Assembly (NCBI GenBank): GCA_004431415.1
Contig: QPMI01000299.1
Span: 1 to 53,739, forward strand
From: Cyanophora paradoxa CCMP329
Lineage: Eukaryota; Plantae; Glaucophyta
Length of the DNA: 53,739 bases
Direction: 5' to 3'
Below the pieces are notes generated by a model. That model was given only the letters and a program-made list of their open reading frames with translations, had not been told where the DNA came from and made no database searches. This document shows, in pieces, positions 9,062 through 19,610 of this stretch; position 1 is the first letter of the stretch, and each line of letters begins with the position of its first letter. Position numbers and translations under genes: made by a program.

Positions 9062-12000
9062 ATGTCGGGGTCTAAGGTTCAAGTCAGCAAGATGAACCTC
9101 GCTCAGTTGCCGGTAAAAATGCCGTCGAGGGCTAGCAAAGCTGCCGTCGCTGACCCCCTCGCCAGCTTTTCGATAGCGTGACCGCCGCTACTCCGGTCCC
9201 TGCTCCACCGGTCATGAAAGTAAGATGTGAGCGTGGGCCACCAGTTCCGCCTTTCAGAGCCGACCGACCGTGGTCGATGGGCCGCTGGCCCTGAGAGCCC
9301 AAGCTGACTCCGCCTCAGCTGTTGACGATGGACAGTGCTCGAATTGCAAGCAGCCGACCCCTCTCACGGCTTCGGTTCGTGCCCCACTGCCGCTCGACCT
9401 GATCGACGCGCACGTTACCGCCCGTCTCTCCGTTGCCCGGAGGCTGACCCCGCGGCGGGGCGTCCCCGGCGCAGATCGCACGCACCTACACCGAAGCAAA
9501 GGCACCACAGTGCGCCACTCGTCGAGCTTCGCGGCTCGCGGCGCGCTGACTGCGGCCGGCGCAGGATGGTCAACGCGCCGCCGCAGAAGGTCCTGGTGGC
9601 CCAGAACGGGGGCCCGGAGGTCAAATTCGCGGCGCCCAGCGCGCCCAAGGCGGTCGCCGTCCCGCCGGCGGAGATCAAGGTCTCCCAGGCCCCCGTCGTC
9701 GTCGAGAGTGCGCGCCCCGGGCCCCGCGCCGGGCGGCTGCGGCAGTGCTGACCGTGCGGCGCGCAGTGGACAAAATACCGACGTTCAAGCCGGTGAGACG
9801 ACCGGACGAAGCGCCGTGGGCCGCCCAGAGAGCCTCTTACTCGTGCCTCAGGGAATGATATCCACGTCGGTCAGCTTCACTCGGCCAGGGCTCAAGCCGA
9901 CGTACGAACCGAACCCCGTGACCAAGGTCAGCTGCGAAGCTGCGGGCGCGCCAGCGCGGGGAGGAGCTGCGAGCTCTGACGCGGGCGCGCAGGTGGAGCT
10001 GGGGAAGCCGGAGGTGGTGGTCAGCCCGCCGAACATCTCCGTCCGCGTGCCGGCCCTCGAGAAGCCCATCTCCATCCCCGTCCCGACGGACCCGCTGCTC
10101 GTCCGCGTTCCGGAGCCGGAGGTCTACTTCAAGCCGGCGGCGGAGAGCAGCGTGACGGCGCCGGCGACCGAGGTGGCGGTGCGCGCCGAGGCGCCCAAGG
10201 TGGCGGTGCCGCCGGCGCCGCAGCAGCGCGCCGTGGAGGTCCCCGCGCAGGACGTCCGCGTCCTCGTCCAGCAGGTGCCGTCGCCCCCGGCCCCTCTCTC
10301 CTCGGAGGCAGCAGCCGACGCCCTCGGCCTCGCGCGCGCAGCCGACGATGACGCACGTCGGCTTCGACAAGGCCGTCGACCTGCCGGGGCCGACGGTCCC
10401 TGTGAAAGTCACCCCGCAGGCGCCCCAAGTGACCTCGGGGCCCGCCAAGCCCGTCACCACGGCGCCCCTCCAGCCCATCACCGTCGACCTCGCCCAGCAG
10501 TGCGCCCGCCCCGCCCCGCCCGTTCTGCCGGGCCGGGGCCCGACCGCGGGGCAGGGCCGTGTACCTGCAGCTCCCCGAGAAGGCGACGAGCGCGGCGGCG
10601 CCGCCCCAGAAGCTCACCGTCACCCTTCCCGACGCCAACGTCTCCGTCCAAGGCCCCGGGCCCGCCGTCCCCGTCGAGCTCCCGCCCCAGAAGGTGCCCC
10701 CGCGCGCATTTCTGCCTTCCGTTGAATTTGAACGCGCATTTGAGCCCGGCGTGACGTTTCTTGTCACGGACAGGTCTTCGTCAAGGTGGCCCCCGTATCG
10801 GTCCAGGTCGACACGCCCAAGCCTGTCGACGTGCAGGTTCGATTCTTCCACGCCGTCGATTGTCCTCCCCCCGTCGGACTCGGCGAACGCGCACGGCAGA
10901 TCCCGGAAGTCCCGGTCCGCGTGCTGCCGGCCAAGGTCATCGTGGACGTGGCGCCCGTGGCGCGCCAGACGACCTACGAGCTCCCCGGTGCCCCCCGCGC
11001 CGGCCTCGCCGTCGCCCGCGTGACCGCCCCCTTTAGCCGAGGAGATCAAGCTCGACATCGACGAGCGCATCGTCAAGATCAACGTCCGCCCCGCCCCGGC
11101 CCGCCCCGCACCCCTGCCCGCCCCCTCCGACCCCGCCCGCAGAAGCCGCCCGTGCCGCTCGCCGTGAAAGGTGCCGTGCACGGTTGCGCCGTCGCTGCGC
11201 CCTCGCCCGCCCCTGACGCCCCGGCGCATAGTCGTGTACGGCTACCCGAAGGGCGCCCTCTGCGAGGCGAACGCGGGGCCCACGCCGCAGACCCCGGGGC
11301 CCGATGCCCCGTCCGGCTGCCCGAGCCTCCCCGGCCCCGACACGGTGCCCGCTGCGGCGCCCCCCGCGCGGGGCCGCTGGCCTGACGGGGGGAGGCGCAG
11401 AGCGACCCGAAGGCGGCCGGCTACGTCCTCCTCCGCGGCGGCGTCGAGCCGTCGCCCCGCCCCCGCCCCCGCCCCGGCCCCCGCGGTGAGGCCCCGCCCA
11501 AGCCCCCGAGCGCGCACCCCGGCAGGCGTAACGGGGCGAGCAGCCGGCGCCGGCGCCGGCGACGTGCGTGGCGCCAGGGGCGGCGCCGGCGGCGACGGTG
11601 ACGTACGTGCAGGCGCCGGCGGCCACGCCGGCCGTCACCGTCGTCTCCACGCCCGCCGTTGTCTCCGCCCCGCCCGGCCCCAGCTCCGGCACCCGCGCCC
11701 GCGCCGGCCCCGACCCCGGCACCCGCCCCGGCACCGGCGCCGGCTCCGACCCCGGCACCTGCCCCGGCGCCCGCCCCGACACAGGAGGCGAAGGTGACAC
11801 TCACGCCCACCACGCCGCCGGCCAAGGAGCCGGCCAAGGATCAGGCGGCGGATGAGGCGGCGAAGGCCAAGGCGGCAGCCGAGGCAAAGGCGAAGGCAGA
11901 GGCAGAAGCCAAGGCGAAGGCAGAGGCTGAGGCCAAGGCGAAGGCGGAGGCTGAGGCCAAGGCGAAGGCGGCAGCCGAGGCAAAGGCGAAGGCGGAGGCA

Positions 12001-12606
12001 GAAGCCAAGGCGAAGGCGGAGGCTGAGGCCAAGGCGAAGGCGGCAGCGGAGGCCAAGGCTAAGGCGGAGGCTGAGGCCAAGGCGAAGGCGGCAGCGGAGG
12101 CCAAGGCGAAGGCGGATGCGGAAGCGAAGGCGAAGGAGGGGGCGGGGAAGGAGGGGGCGGGGGAGACGAAGGTGGGGACGCTGTCCTCGAAGCCGGCAGC
12201 TGGTGCGGCGGCGGCGGAGGCACCCAAGTTCGGGCTAGAGCTGGTGGGTGCCCGTCTGAACTCGCTGCTGCCCGCTGGCCTCTGAATCATCGCTCCGCGT
12301 GCGTAGGACGACGACGCGCTGCTCGCATCCCCCGAGGCGCTCGAGGGGGAGGCCCCCGCCGTGCCCTACTCGGCCGCCCTCGCGGACGCCGACGCAGCTC
12401 CGGACGCCGTGCGCCCCGCCCCGGCCCCCGCGCCCGGCCCCGCCCCGCGCTCAGGGCCGGCCCCCGCGCAGGGCGAGGCGTGGGACGCGGCGGAGGGCAC
12501 GGACGTCGCCGGCGTCGAGGGGGAGCACGCCGCGGACGGGTACGGCCACTACGGCAACGCCGCCGACTACCACCCCGCCTTCTCCTTCTCGGACGGCCTC
12601 TACTGA
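9062..12606 (+). CDS. Val/Pro/Ala-rich low-complexity protein B with an AKAEAE helical repeat (articulin/epiplastin-like; paralog of 3686-5628)
   Basis: MSGSKVQVSKMNLAQLP|LFDSVTAATPVPAPPVMK|...MVNAPPQKVLVAQNGGPEVKF...VPPAEIKVSQAPVVVE. Also VELGKPEVVVSPPNISVRVPALEKPISIPVP and (AKAKAEAE)n. Ends YHPAFSFSDGLY*. Confidence 0.7.
11860..12135 (+). repeat. Coding tandem repeat, about 24-nt unit encoding AKAKA(E/A)AE
   Basis: Repeated GCCAAGGCGAAGGCGG(A/C)(G/A)GC(T/C/A/G)GA(G/A) units within gene B. Confidence 0.9.
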
Positions 12607-12874
12607 GCGCGCGCGCATCCCGCTTCGAATTCGGCGGCGTCTGCGCGCCCCTCGCATGCTGTACATGGCACGGGCTCGAGGCCCCTAGTGTGAAGCCCCG
12701 CTTTTTTTAGGTAGGTATGAACTCTTGTATCCATTCGCACGTTCAGCTATTTCCCGCGGCAGCAAGGCGGAAGGCAGGGGTCCGTTTCTGCAGGTTGTAT
12801 TGTACACGCGTGACACCCAGAAACGATGCATGGAGCCAGGGCCGGCTGGAAAAAGAGCAAAAAGCGAAGCGCTA

Positions 12875-14478
12875 TCAGCGGCTGGCGCTCCGATCACGGC
12901 GGCGGCTGCAGCGGGGTGAGGGGCGGGCGCGGGGGCCGGGGGAGGGGCGGGCGGGGCGGACCGGTCGCTGTCGCGGTCGTCGCGGCGGTCGCGGCGGTCG
13001 CGGTCGTCGTCGCGCGCCTTCTTCTTCGGCCGCTCCTCCTCGCTGCGCGCCGGCCGGCCTCACGACGCGCCCCGCGAGCACTGCGGCCGCCGCACCTGCT
13101 CGAGCCGCTCTCCGAGTCGGACGAGTCGCTCCCGCTGCTGCTCTCGCTCCCGCTGCTCTCGTCCTTCCGCCCCTTCTTCGACGAGCTGCCCCGCCGCTCC
13201 TCCTCTGCGCCCCCGTCAGCGCTTCGGGATGCACGGGCCTGCGAGCCGCGCACCCTCCTCGCGGCGGCTGCGCGGCGGCTCCCGCGGCTTCTCGCGCTCG
13301 CGGCGGTCGTCGTCGTCGCGGCGGCGCTCCTCGACGCGGCGGCGGTCGTCCCGGTCCTCGTCCCGGCGGCGGTCGTCCCGACCCCGGTCCTCCCGGTCAT
13401 CCCGGCGCCGATCGTCCGCCCGGCGGCGATCGTCGTCGTCCTTGCGCCGGTCACCGTCGTCGCGGACTGCGCGCCGCTCGTCGCGCTCGTCGCTCTCGCG
13501 CGGTTTGCGGCGGTCATCGTCATCCCGGCGGCGATCGCGGCTGCGCTCCGCTTCGCGCTCCTTCTCCCGCTCAATCTCCTTCGCTTTCTGACTCTCCTTC
13601 CGCTTCAGCTCCTTCACGCGCTCCTTCTCCCGGCGCTTCTCTTCCTTCTGCTCGCATGCGTCAGGTGTTGAGCTTGGGCAAGAAAGGAGCTTGACGCGAA
13701 CCCTGCGACGCTTCTCTTCCTTTGCCATCTCTTTCTCGCGGCGCTTCGCCTCGCGCTCCCTCCGGCGCTGCTCCTTCTCGCGTTGAAGACGCATCTCCTC
13801 TGCGATGCGCGCCTCCTCCTCAATCTGCAGCAGATCAGAGGCGAAAAGCTAGCCAAAGCTCGATCAAGAACGCGCACCTTCGCAAGACGCTCAAGGCGCT
13901 TCTGATCCTGCAGCTCGCGATTGAAGGCCTCCCCATCTTTGTGGCTGGATGTGATTCCGAACGCGGACGACAGTTTCTGCATCTCCTTCTCCTTCGCAGC
14001 AGCGATCGCGTGAGTCTCGTCCCTGGGTGGCGTGTCAGTGACCAACGAGAATGGAAGCGCGAGTTCATCTTGGGCGCACTTCCGCCGCTGGTCGATCGCC
14101 TCCACTGCGGCCTGTGCTGCACCTTCATCCATTAGCTTCTGACGAATCTCAGCGATCTTCTCCTCAATTTCCTCGTCCGTGTAGCTGGGTTGCGCGGGAG
14201 GCCCGCGTGTCAGCGACGGAGCGCGAGGGCAGGCGGGGGATTGCGTACTTGCGCTCCGCCATCGCATCCCGGAACTGAACGAGCTTCAGCTCGATCTGGC
14301 GCTTCCGCTCGTGGTCCAGGATATCCTTGTTGGGCTTCTTGGGCGGCGGAGGCGCCATAGCGAGCTGCTTCTGGAAGTCGTCCTGCTTCGGCCGCGAGCG
14401 AACGTGCGACAAGTTCCGCTGCACGTAGCCATTTGTGCCCGACCCACGCGGGGTGACCAGGCCGATGCCGTTGTACAT
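12875..14478 (-). CDS. CWC21: Pre-mRNA splicing factor CWC21 (SRRM2/cwf21 family) with RD/RS-rich tail
   Basis: Hallmark N-terminus MYNGIGLVTPRGSGTNGYVQRNLS. cwf21 domain NKDILDHERKRQIELKL...YTDEEIEEKIAEIRQKL, then ETHAIAAAKEKEMQKLSSAFGI...DGEAFNRELQ. Confidence 0.95.
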
Positions 14479-14602
14479 CTTTCCTCGAGCTTGCCCGCGC
14501 TTAGGGCGTCGGAGGCGATGTCTGGGCTTCGCGGAGGCCGAGCGAGAAGGAAGGTCAAGGTGAATTGCGTACCCCCGCAAGCGGTTGGTTTGGTTTGAAA
14601 TT
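14479..14602. promoter_or_regulatory. Compact bidirectional promoter between CWC21 and the FAM161-like gene
   Basis: Divergent ATGs are only 124 bp apart. Contains CGTACCCCC (reverse complement GGGGGTACG) at 14568-14576, a motif seen in other divergent intergenic gaps. Confidence 0.6.
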
Positions 14603-17600
14603 ATGTCGTCCCACGCGGTCCGGAACGGCGCGCGGGCGCCGTCGCCGGCGCCAGCGAGGCGAGGAGCAAGTCCAGCAGTCAGGGCAGCCAGCCCAGCGCC
14701 CCGGGCGCCAGTATACTCGGCCGCCGCCGCGGACGCAGCAGCTGCGCGCGCCGTGAAGGTGCACTTCGCCTCAAACACGCAGATGAATCCTGCTCCATTA
14801 CCAGCTACCCAGCCGGCAGCAGCTCCGCGCCCACCGAGCCCAAAGATTGCTCCTGCTCGAGCGTATGTGCCGACCCAGTCCCCGCTGGTTTCAGCTGCAG
14901 CTGCAAGAGGTTCGACACCAACTCCAGCTGGCAGGATCGCCACTCCCGCACAGCAGGCTGCAGCCGCCCCGAACGTGCGGCCTGCGAGCCCACAGAGGCA
15001 GGTCGTCGCGGCAGAGGCGCGGCCGCCGAGTCCTCCAAAGATCTCTGGTGATACCGTCAGCAAAGGCGCAACGATCTTCCACGCGAACCCTCGGGTGAAT
15101 CCGCACCCCGCTGCTCTCGAAGTCGCAGCTAAAGCTCGCGCAGGACCCGGCCTCTTACGACACGCGCGTGCTTCTGTACGGGGAGACGGGGCGCCCGACG
15201 ACCTCTAGCCTCCCTGGTCATGGATACGGCCAACCGTACGACGAATACGACGCTGGCGACGAGGATTACCTCGACTACGGCTATGGGGACGGATACCCGC
15301 GGGCACCGCAAAACCCGCGGGCTCCCGCACACAACGACAGAGAAACCGGTCAAGATGGATACTGGCGCGAACGCGGGGCGGGACGACCAGCCGGTCGGGC
15401 CGAGGAGCAGGCGTGGTACCAGGGGGAGCCCCGTCCGTACCGCGAGCACGGGGACTATCGCAATGCGGCGGCCCGTCCGGAGGGGCGTTCCAGCTACGAC
15501 GAGTACGAGGAGGACTACCTTGACTCGCGCCCTGGGGCCTCGCTACAGGCGATGCGCGATGCGGAGCGGGCGGCGCAGGAGCGGCTGGACGCGCTCGCGG
15601 AGAAGGAAGAGGCGCGGCGGCAGCGCGGCAAGCCCGTCACGGCCGTCGACGACCTCACTCAGGAGATTACTCGCCTGCGCGGTGAGCTCTTCTGTCCGAT
15701 GGCCGCTTATCCGAGCAGCCTCGTGACGGCCGCGCAGCCGAGTGCGAAAGCCTGGCCCGCAACCTCGGGGAGAACGAGAAGGGGGTCGTGAGCGCGCCGC
15801 GGCGGGAGGCGGGCCACCCGTACGCGGAGCCGGACCGTGTGGGGCAGGAGCGGCTGCTGGGCGAGCTCACGCGGATGCGGGAGGAGAACGCGGCGCGCCT
15901 CCAGGAGCTCGAGGCCCGCTACAGGGCCGCCCGCGGCGACGACAAGGCCGACAAGCCGCTCCGGTGCGCCCCGGCCTTGCCGCTCTGACAAGCCGATCCC
16001 CCGCGCATGCCCCTCCCGACGCGCCCCGCAGCTCCTCCCCGCCCCCGTACCACGGGCCGGCGCCGGCATGGGAGCCCCCGGTGCCCCGTGGGCAGCCCGC
16101 ATTCGCGCCCATGGCCCCGTTCTACGCGCCGCCTGCGCCGTACGCCGCGCCCCGGCCTGCGCACGGCCCGCCGGCGCCGCGGCACGGGGATTACCTCCCG
16201 TACCACCCGCCGCCGCGCCGCGAGCAGACGCCGTACTACGCTGCGCCGCCCCCCGGCCACCGGCCCGCGCCGCCCCCCGACGCGTACGGCCACCCCCAGG
16301 AGTACTCGCGCAGCCACGCCGCCGGCCCGCCGCGTGGCCACCATTCCCCGGCCCATCAGACGGGGCAGCCCCTCGGCCCGGCCCCCGAGCAGCTCCCTCC
16401 AGGCGAGCCGTCGCGCCAGCCGCCGCCGCCCGGGGTCGGCCCCGCGCCCATCAGCTGGCCCCCGGCCCCGCACCAGCTCAGGTCCAGCCAGCGCACGCTG
16501 GCGGGCCGCCCCAGGAGCGCGCCCCGCCCCAGGGGCCGGCGCCCCGCAGGCGGCAGGCAAGCCGCCCCGGGGCCCCTCTCCGGCGCGGGGGCCGGGCCCG
16601 GCGGGCCAGCCGCCGACGCCCGGGGCGGGCGGGCACCGGCGCCGCAGCGTGAGCTTCTCGGACGAGGACGAGTTCTTCCCGAGCGAGGGCGCCGGGGCGC
16701 CCGAGCGGCGGCGGCGGCCGCGGGGCACGACGCCGCCGGAGCACGGGGCGGCGGGGCAGATGAGGCCGGAGGAGCGGGAGCGGGCGGCCTTCGAGGGGGT
16801 GCACCGGGGTGCGGCGGGGCCGCCCCCGCCGGCGGCGGCGATGACGGAGGAGGAGGAGGAGGCGCTGCTCGAGGCCGAGGCCGAGGCGCTCCTGGACGCC
16901 GGGTACGCCTCCGACGGCGACATCCGCTACGACGGGCGAGGCGGGCCCTTCGCCCGCCCGCCCCCGCACCTCGCCCACGGCTACGAGTTCGGCCCGCCGG
17001 GAGCCTTCGAGGAGCTGCCGCCGCGGGGCATCACCCGCTCCGCGTCGCTCACTGACCTCTCCAAGGTGCGCGGCGCCGGGCGCCCCGCGGGGCGGCGCTG
17101 AGGCAGGCGGCAGGTGACGGCGCCGGAGGAGTTCGAGTTCATGAAGCGGGAGCGGCTGCGGGAGAGCCTCGGGGTGATGTCGATCGCCCAGGCCCGCTCC
17201 GCCGAGGACGCCCTCGAGCGCCACGCCGCCCTCGACCGCGAGCTCCGCACCCGGCCCCGCCCCTCGCCCCCGCCCCGCTCCACCTTCGGGCCCTCGTCCG
17301 CCCCGCCCCGCCCCGCCCCGCCCCGCGCCCCGCGTGACGCGGCGGCAGGTACATGGAGCGGGCGCGGCAGGAGGAGCGGGCGCGGCAGCAGCGGGTGACA
17401 GACCGCGCGGTGGACCAGCTCCTCGAGTCCGCCCCGCCCACCTGCTACGAGCCGCCCCACGTCGTCCGCGTGCGCCCCCCGCCGCCCGCCCCGTGCGCGG
17501 CCGCCGACGGCGCGCAGGCGAAGGGCAAGTCGGAGATGAAGGCGGTGGACGAGGCGGCGCTCTTCCGGGCCCGGCCGATCCCGACGGACGTGCGCCGCAC

Positions 17601-19190
17601 CGCCACGGAGGACTACGCCAAGGCCACCGCCGAGCGCGAGGAGCTCCGCCGCGTCCGCAGCCTCCCCCCGCCACGCGCCCGGCCCCTGAGCGCCTGACGA
17701 CCGCCCCCGCACAGCGCCGCATCAAGCAGCGGGCGGACGAGCTGTGGCAGAGCGCCGCCCTCCCGCCCCGCCTGCACGTCTGGGAGAACAGCGTTGGGGC
17801 CTACCACCGACGCGCCCTCGAGGGCCCGCCCCGTGCCCGCCCCCCGCGCCGCCCCTCGCCAACGCTGGGGCGCAGAGGCGCGGCAGAACGCGGGGCTAGG
17901 CCCGGACCACACGTTCCGGCCGCACGTGAAGGCGCGGGTGCCGAACTACGAGCGGCTGCAGAAGGCCTTCGAGCGGGCACTGCGGAAGCGGCGCGTGCAG
18001 CAGCCGCTCACCGTCCCCGAGGTCTTCACCGGCTACTCCGAGCGCTCCGCCCGCGTGCGCCCCGCCGCTCCCGCCGGCCGCGCCCCCGCCGAGCCCCCCC
18101 GCAGCTGCAGGTCGCCTCCTACGAGCGGAGGCTGCGCCAGCACCGCAAGGAGCAGCGCCTCCCGCTCGGCGCCCGCGAGCCGCGCTGGCCGTGCGCGCCA
18201 CCCCCGCCCGCCCTCCCCCCGGCCCCCTCCGAGGCCGGCGCGGCAGGTTCATGGCGCAGGCGCGGCCGGTGGCGGGGGTGGACGTGGCGGACGTGCAGCC
18301 GGCGCCGAGCGCCTTCCGGGTGACCAAGGCGGTGCAGAAGCGGAAGGAGCAGGTGGAGGCCAAGCTGCGCGCCGAGCGCCAGGCCGCCGAGGCCCGCGAG
18401 CGCGAGGCAGAGCTCCGCGCCATGAAGCTCAAGGCCCGCACCCCCCGCCCGCCCCCGGCGCCGCCTCGGGGCCCGACGGCGCCTGCAGGAGATGGGCCGC
18501 CGGCTGGTGGGCAAGCTGCGGGACGTGGAGAAGGAGAACCAGCGGAAGATGGCGGAGCAGGTGCAGAGCATGCGGCAGGGCCAGAAGGAGATGGCGGAGG
18601 CGTACAAGCAGCGGAAGAAGGAGATCGAGGAGCGGGTGCGGCGGCGGCCGACGCTGGTGGACATGCAGACGCGGGACTACCTGCGCAAGCGCATGCAGGC
18701 CAAGTACGAGGGCGCCCTCCACGAGCACGGCCTCGGCCCGCCCCGCCCCGCCCCGCCCGCCCCACGCCCCGCTCACGCCCCCCGCAGACCACATCCTCGA
18801 CCAGGAGTACGAGGAGAAGGTCCGGCGCCGCCCTTCTCACGGCGGTCCCCTGCGCTCACGCAACTCACCCCGCAGTTCTACGGGCCCAAGGCAGGGAAGC
18901 CGTCGGGAGGCTCGCGCCCCGCCTACCCTGCGGCGAGCTCGGAGTACGAGCCCGTCATGCCTCCGCCCCGCCAGAGCTCCGCCTCGCTCGGCGGCTCCGG
19001 CGGGGCCCCGCCAGGGGCCTCCCCCGCGCTGGCCGACGCCCTCGCGGAGATCACGGCGGAGGCGCGGGGCACGGCCGCCGCCGCCGCAGAGGACCGCCCC
19101 TACGAGCCCCCCGAGCCCCCTGCGCTCCCCTCGGCCTTCGAGAGCGACTCGTATGCCGCCGGCGTCGGCTCCAGCGGCGGAGAGTACTAG
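14603..19190 (+). CDS. FAM161-like (UPF0564) centriole/cilium-associated coiled-coil protein
   Basis: Motifs VTAPEEFEFMKRE, LFRARPIPTDV and HTFRPHVKARVPNYERLQKAFERALRKRRVQQPLTVPEVF, plus C-terminal RVRRRPTLVD, resemble the FAM161 family. Long Pro/Ala-rich N-terminus. Many short introns. Confidence 0.75.
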
Positions 19191-19610
19191 CGAGGCAGCA
19201 GGAGCGTGTTTAGCGAGCTTTGTATGTCGCGGCGTCCGCGAATCATCAATTTCATTTCTTCGTCCAAAACGAAGCCGTGACGGCTGCGCCGAAAATTTGC
19301 CGCTCTACCCCTCAATTCTCAAGCGTTGTAACAAACAACGAACGACCTCCATAGGTAGCCGCTGAGCTCCCGGTCTTTCTGAGCGTTGACGCCGCACGTA
19401 TCCTGGGCCCTCGCCGCACTCCAGCAGCATCTTGCGTGCGCTCCAGCACAACGCAGGCACCTGTCCAGCGCAACCCCGCGCAGTGTCGCCTTCTCGCAAC
19501 GATACAGGCAGCTTTCCGCTCATGGCCCCCGATGGCTAGCTAAGCTCATTGATACCCAACTTAGCTACGCAAGTTCTCGACAGCTTCAAGGTTTAGCTTT
19601 ATAGATAGCT

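Noticed and set aside
11860-12135. TolA-like AKAEAE repeat suggesting a bacterial gene or contamination
   Set aside because: Low-complexity convergence. It lies inside an intron-containing gene with no TolA TM or C-terminal domain.
12826-13694. Long hydrophobic plus-strand ORFs (VVVAA-rich)
   Set aside because: Antisense shadow of the RD/RS-rich CWC21 tail.
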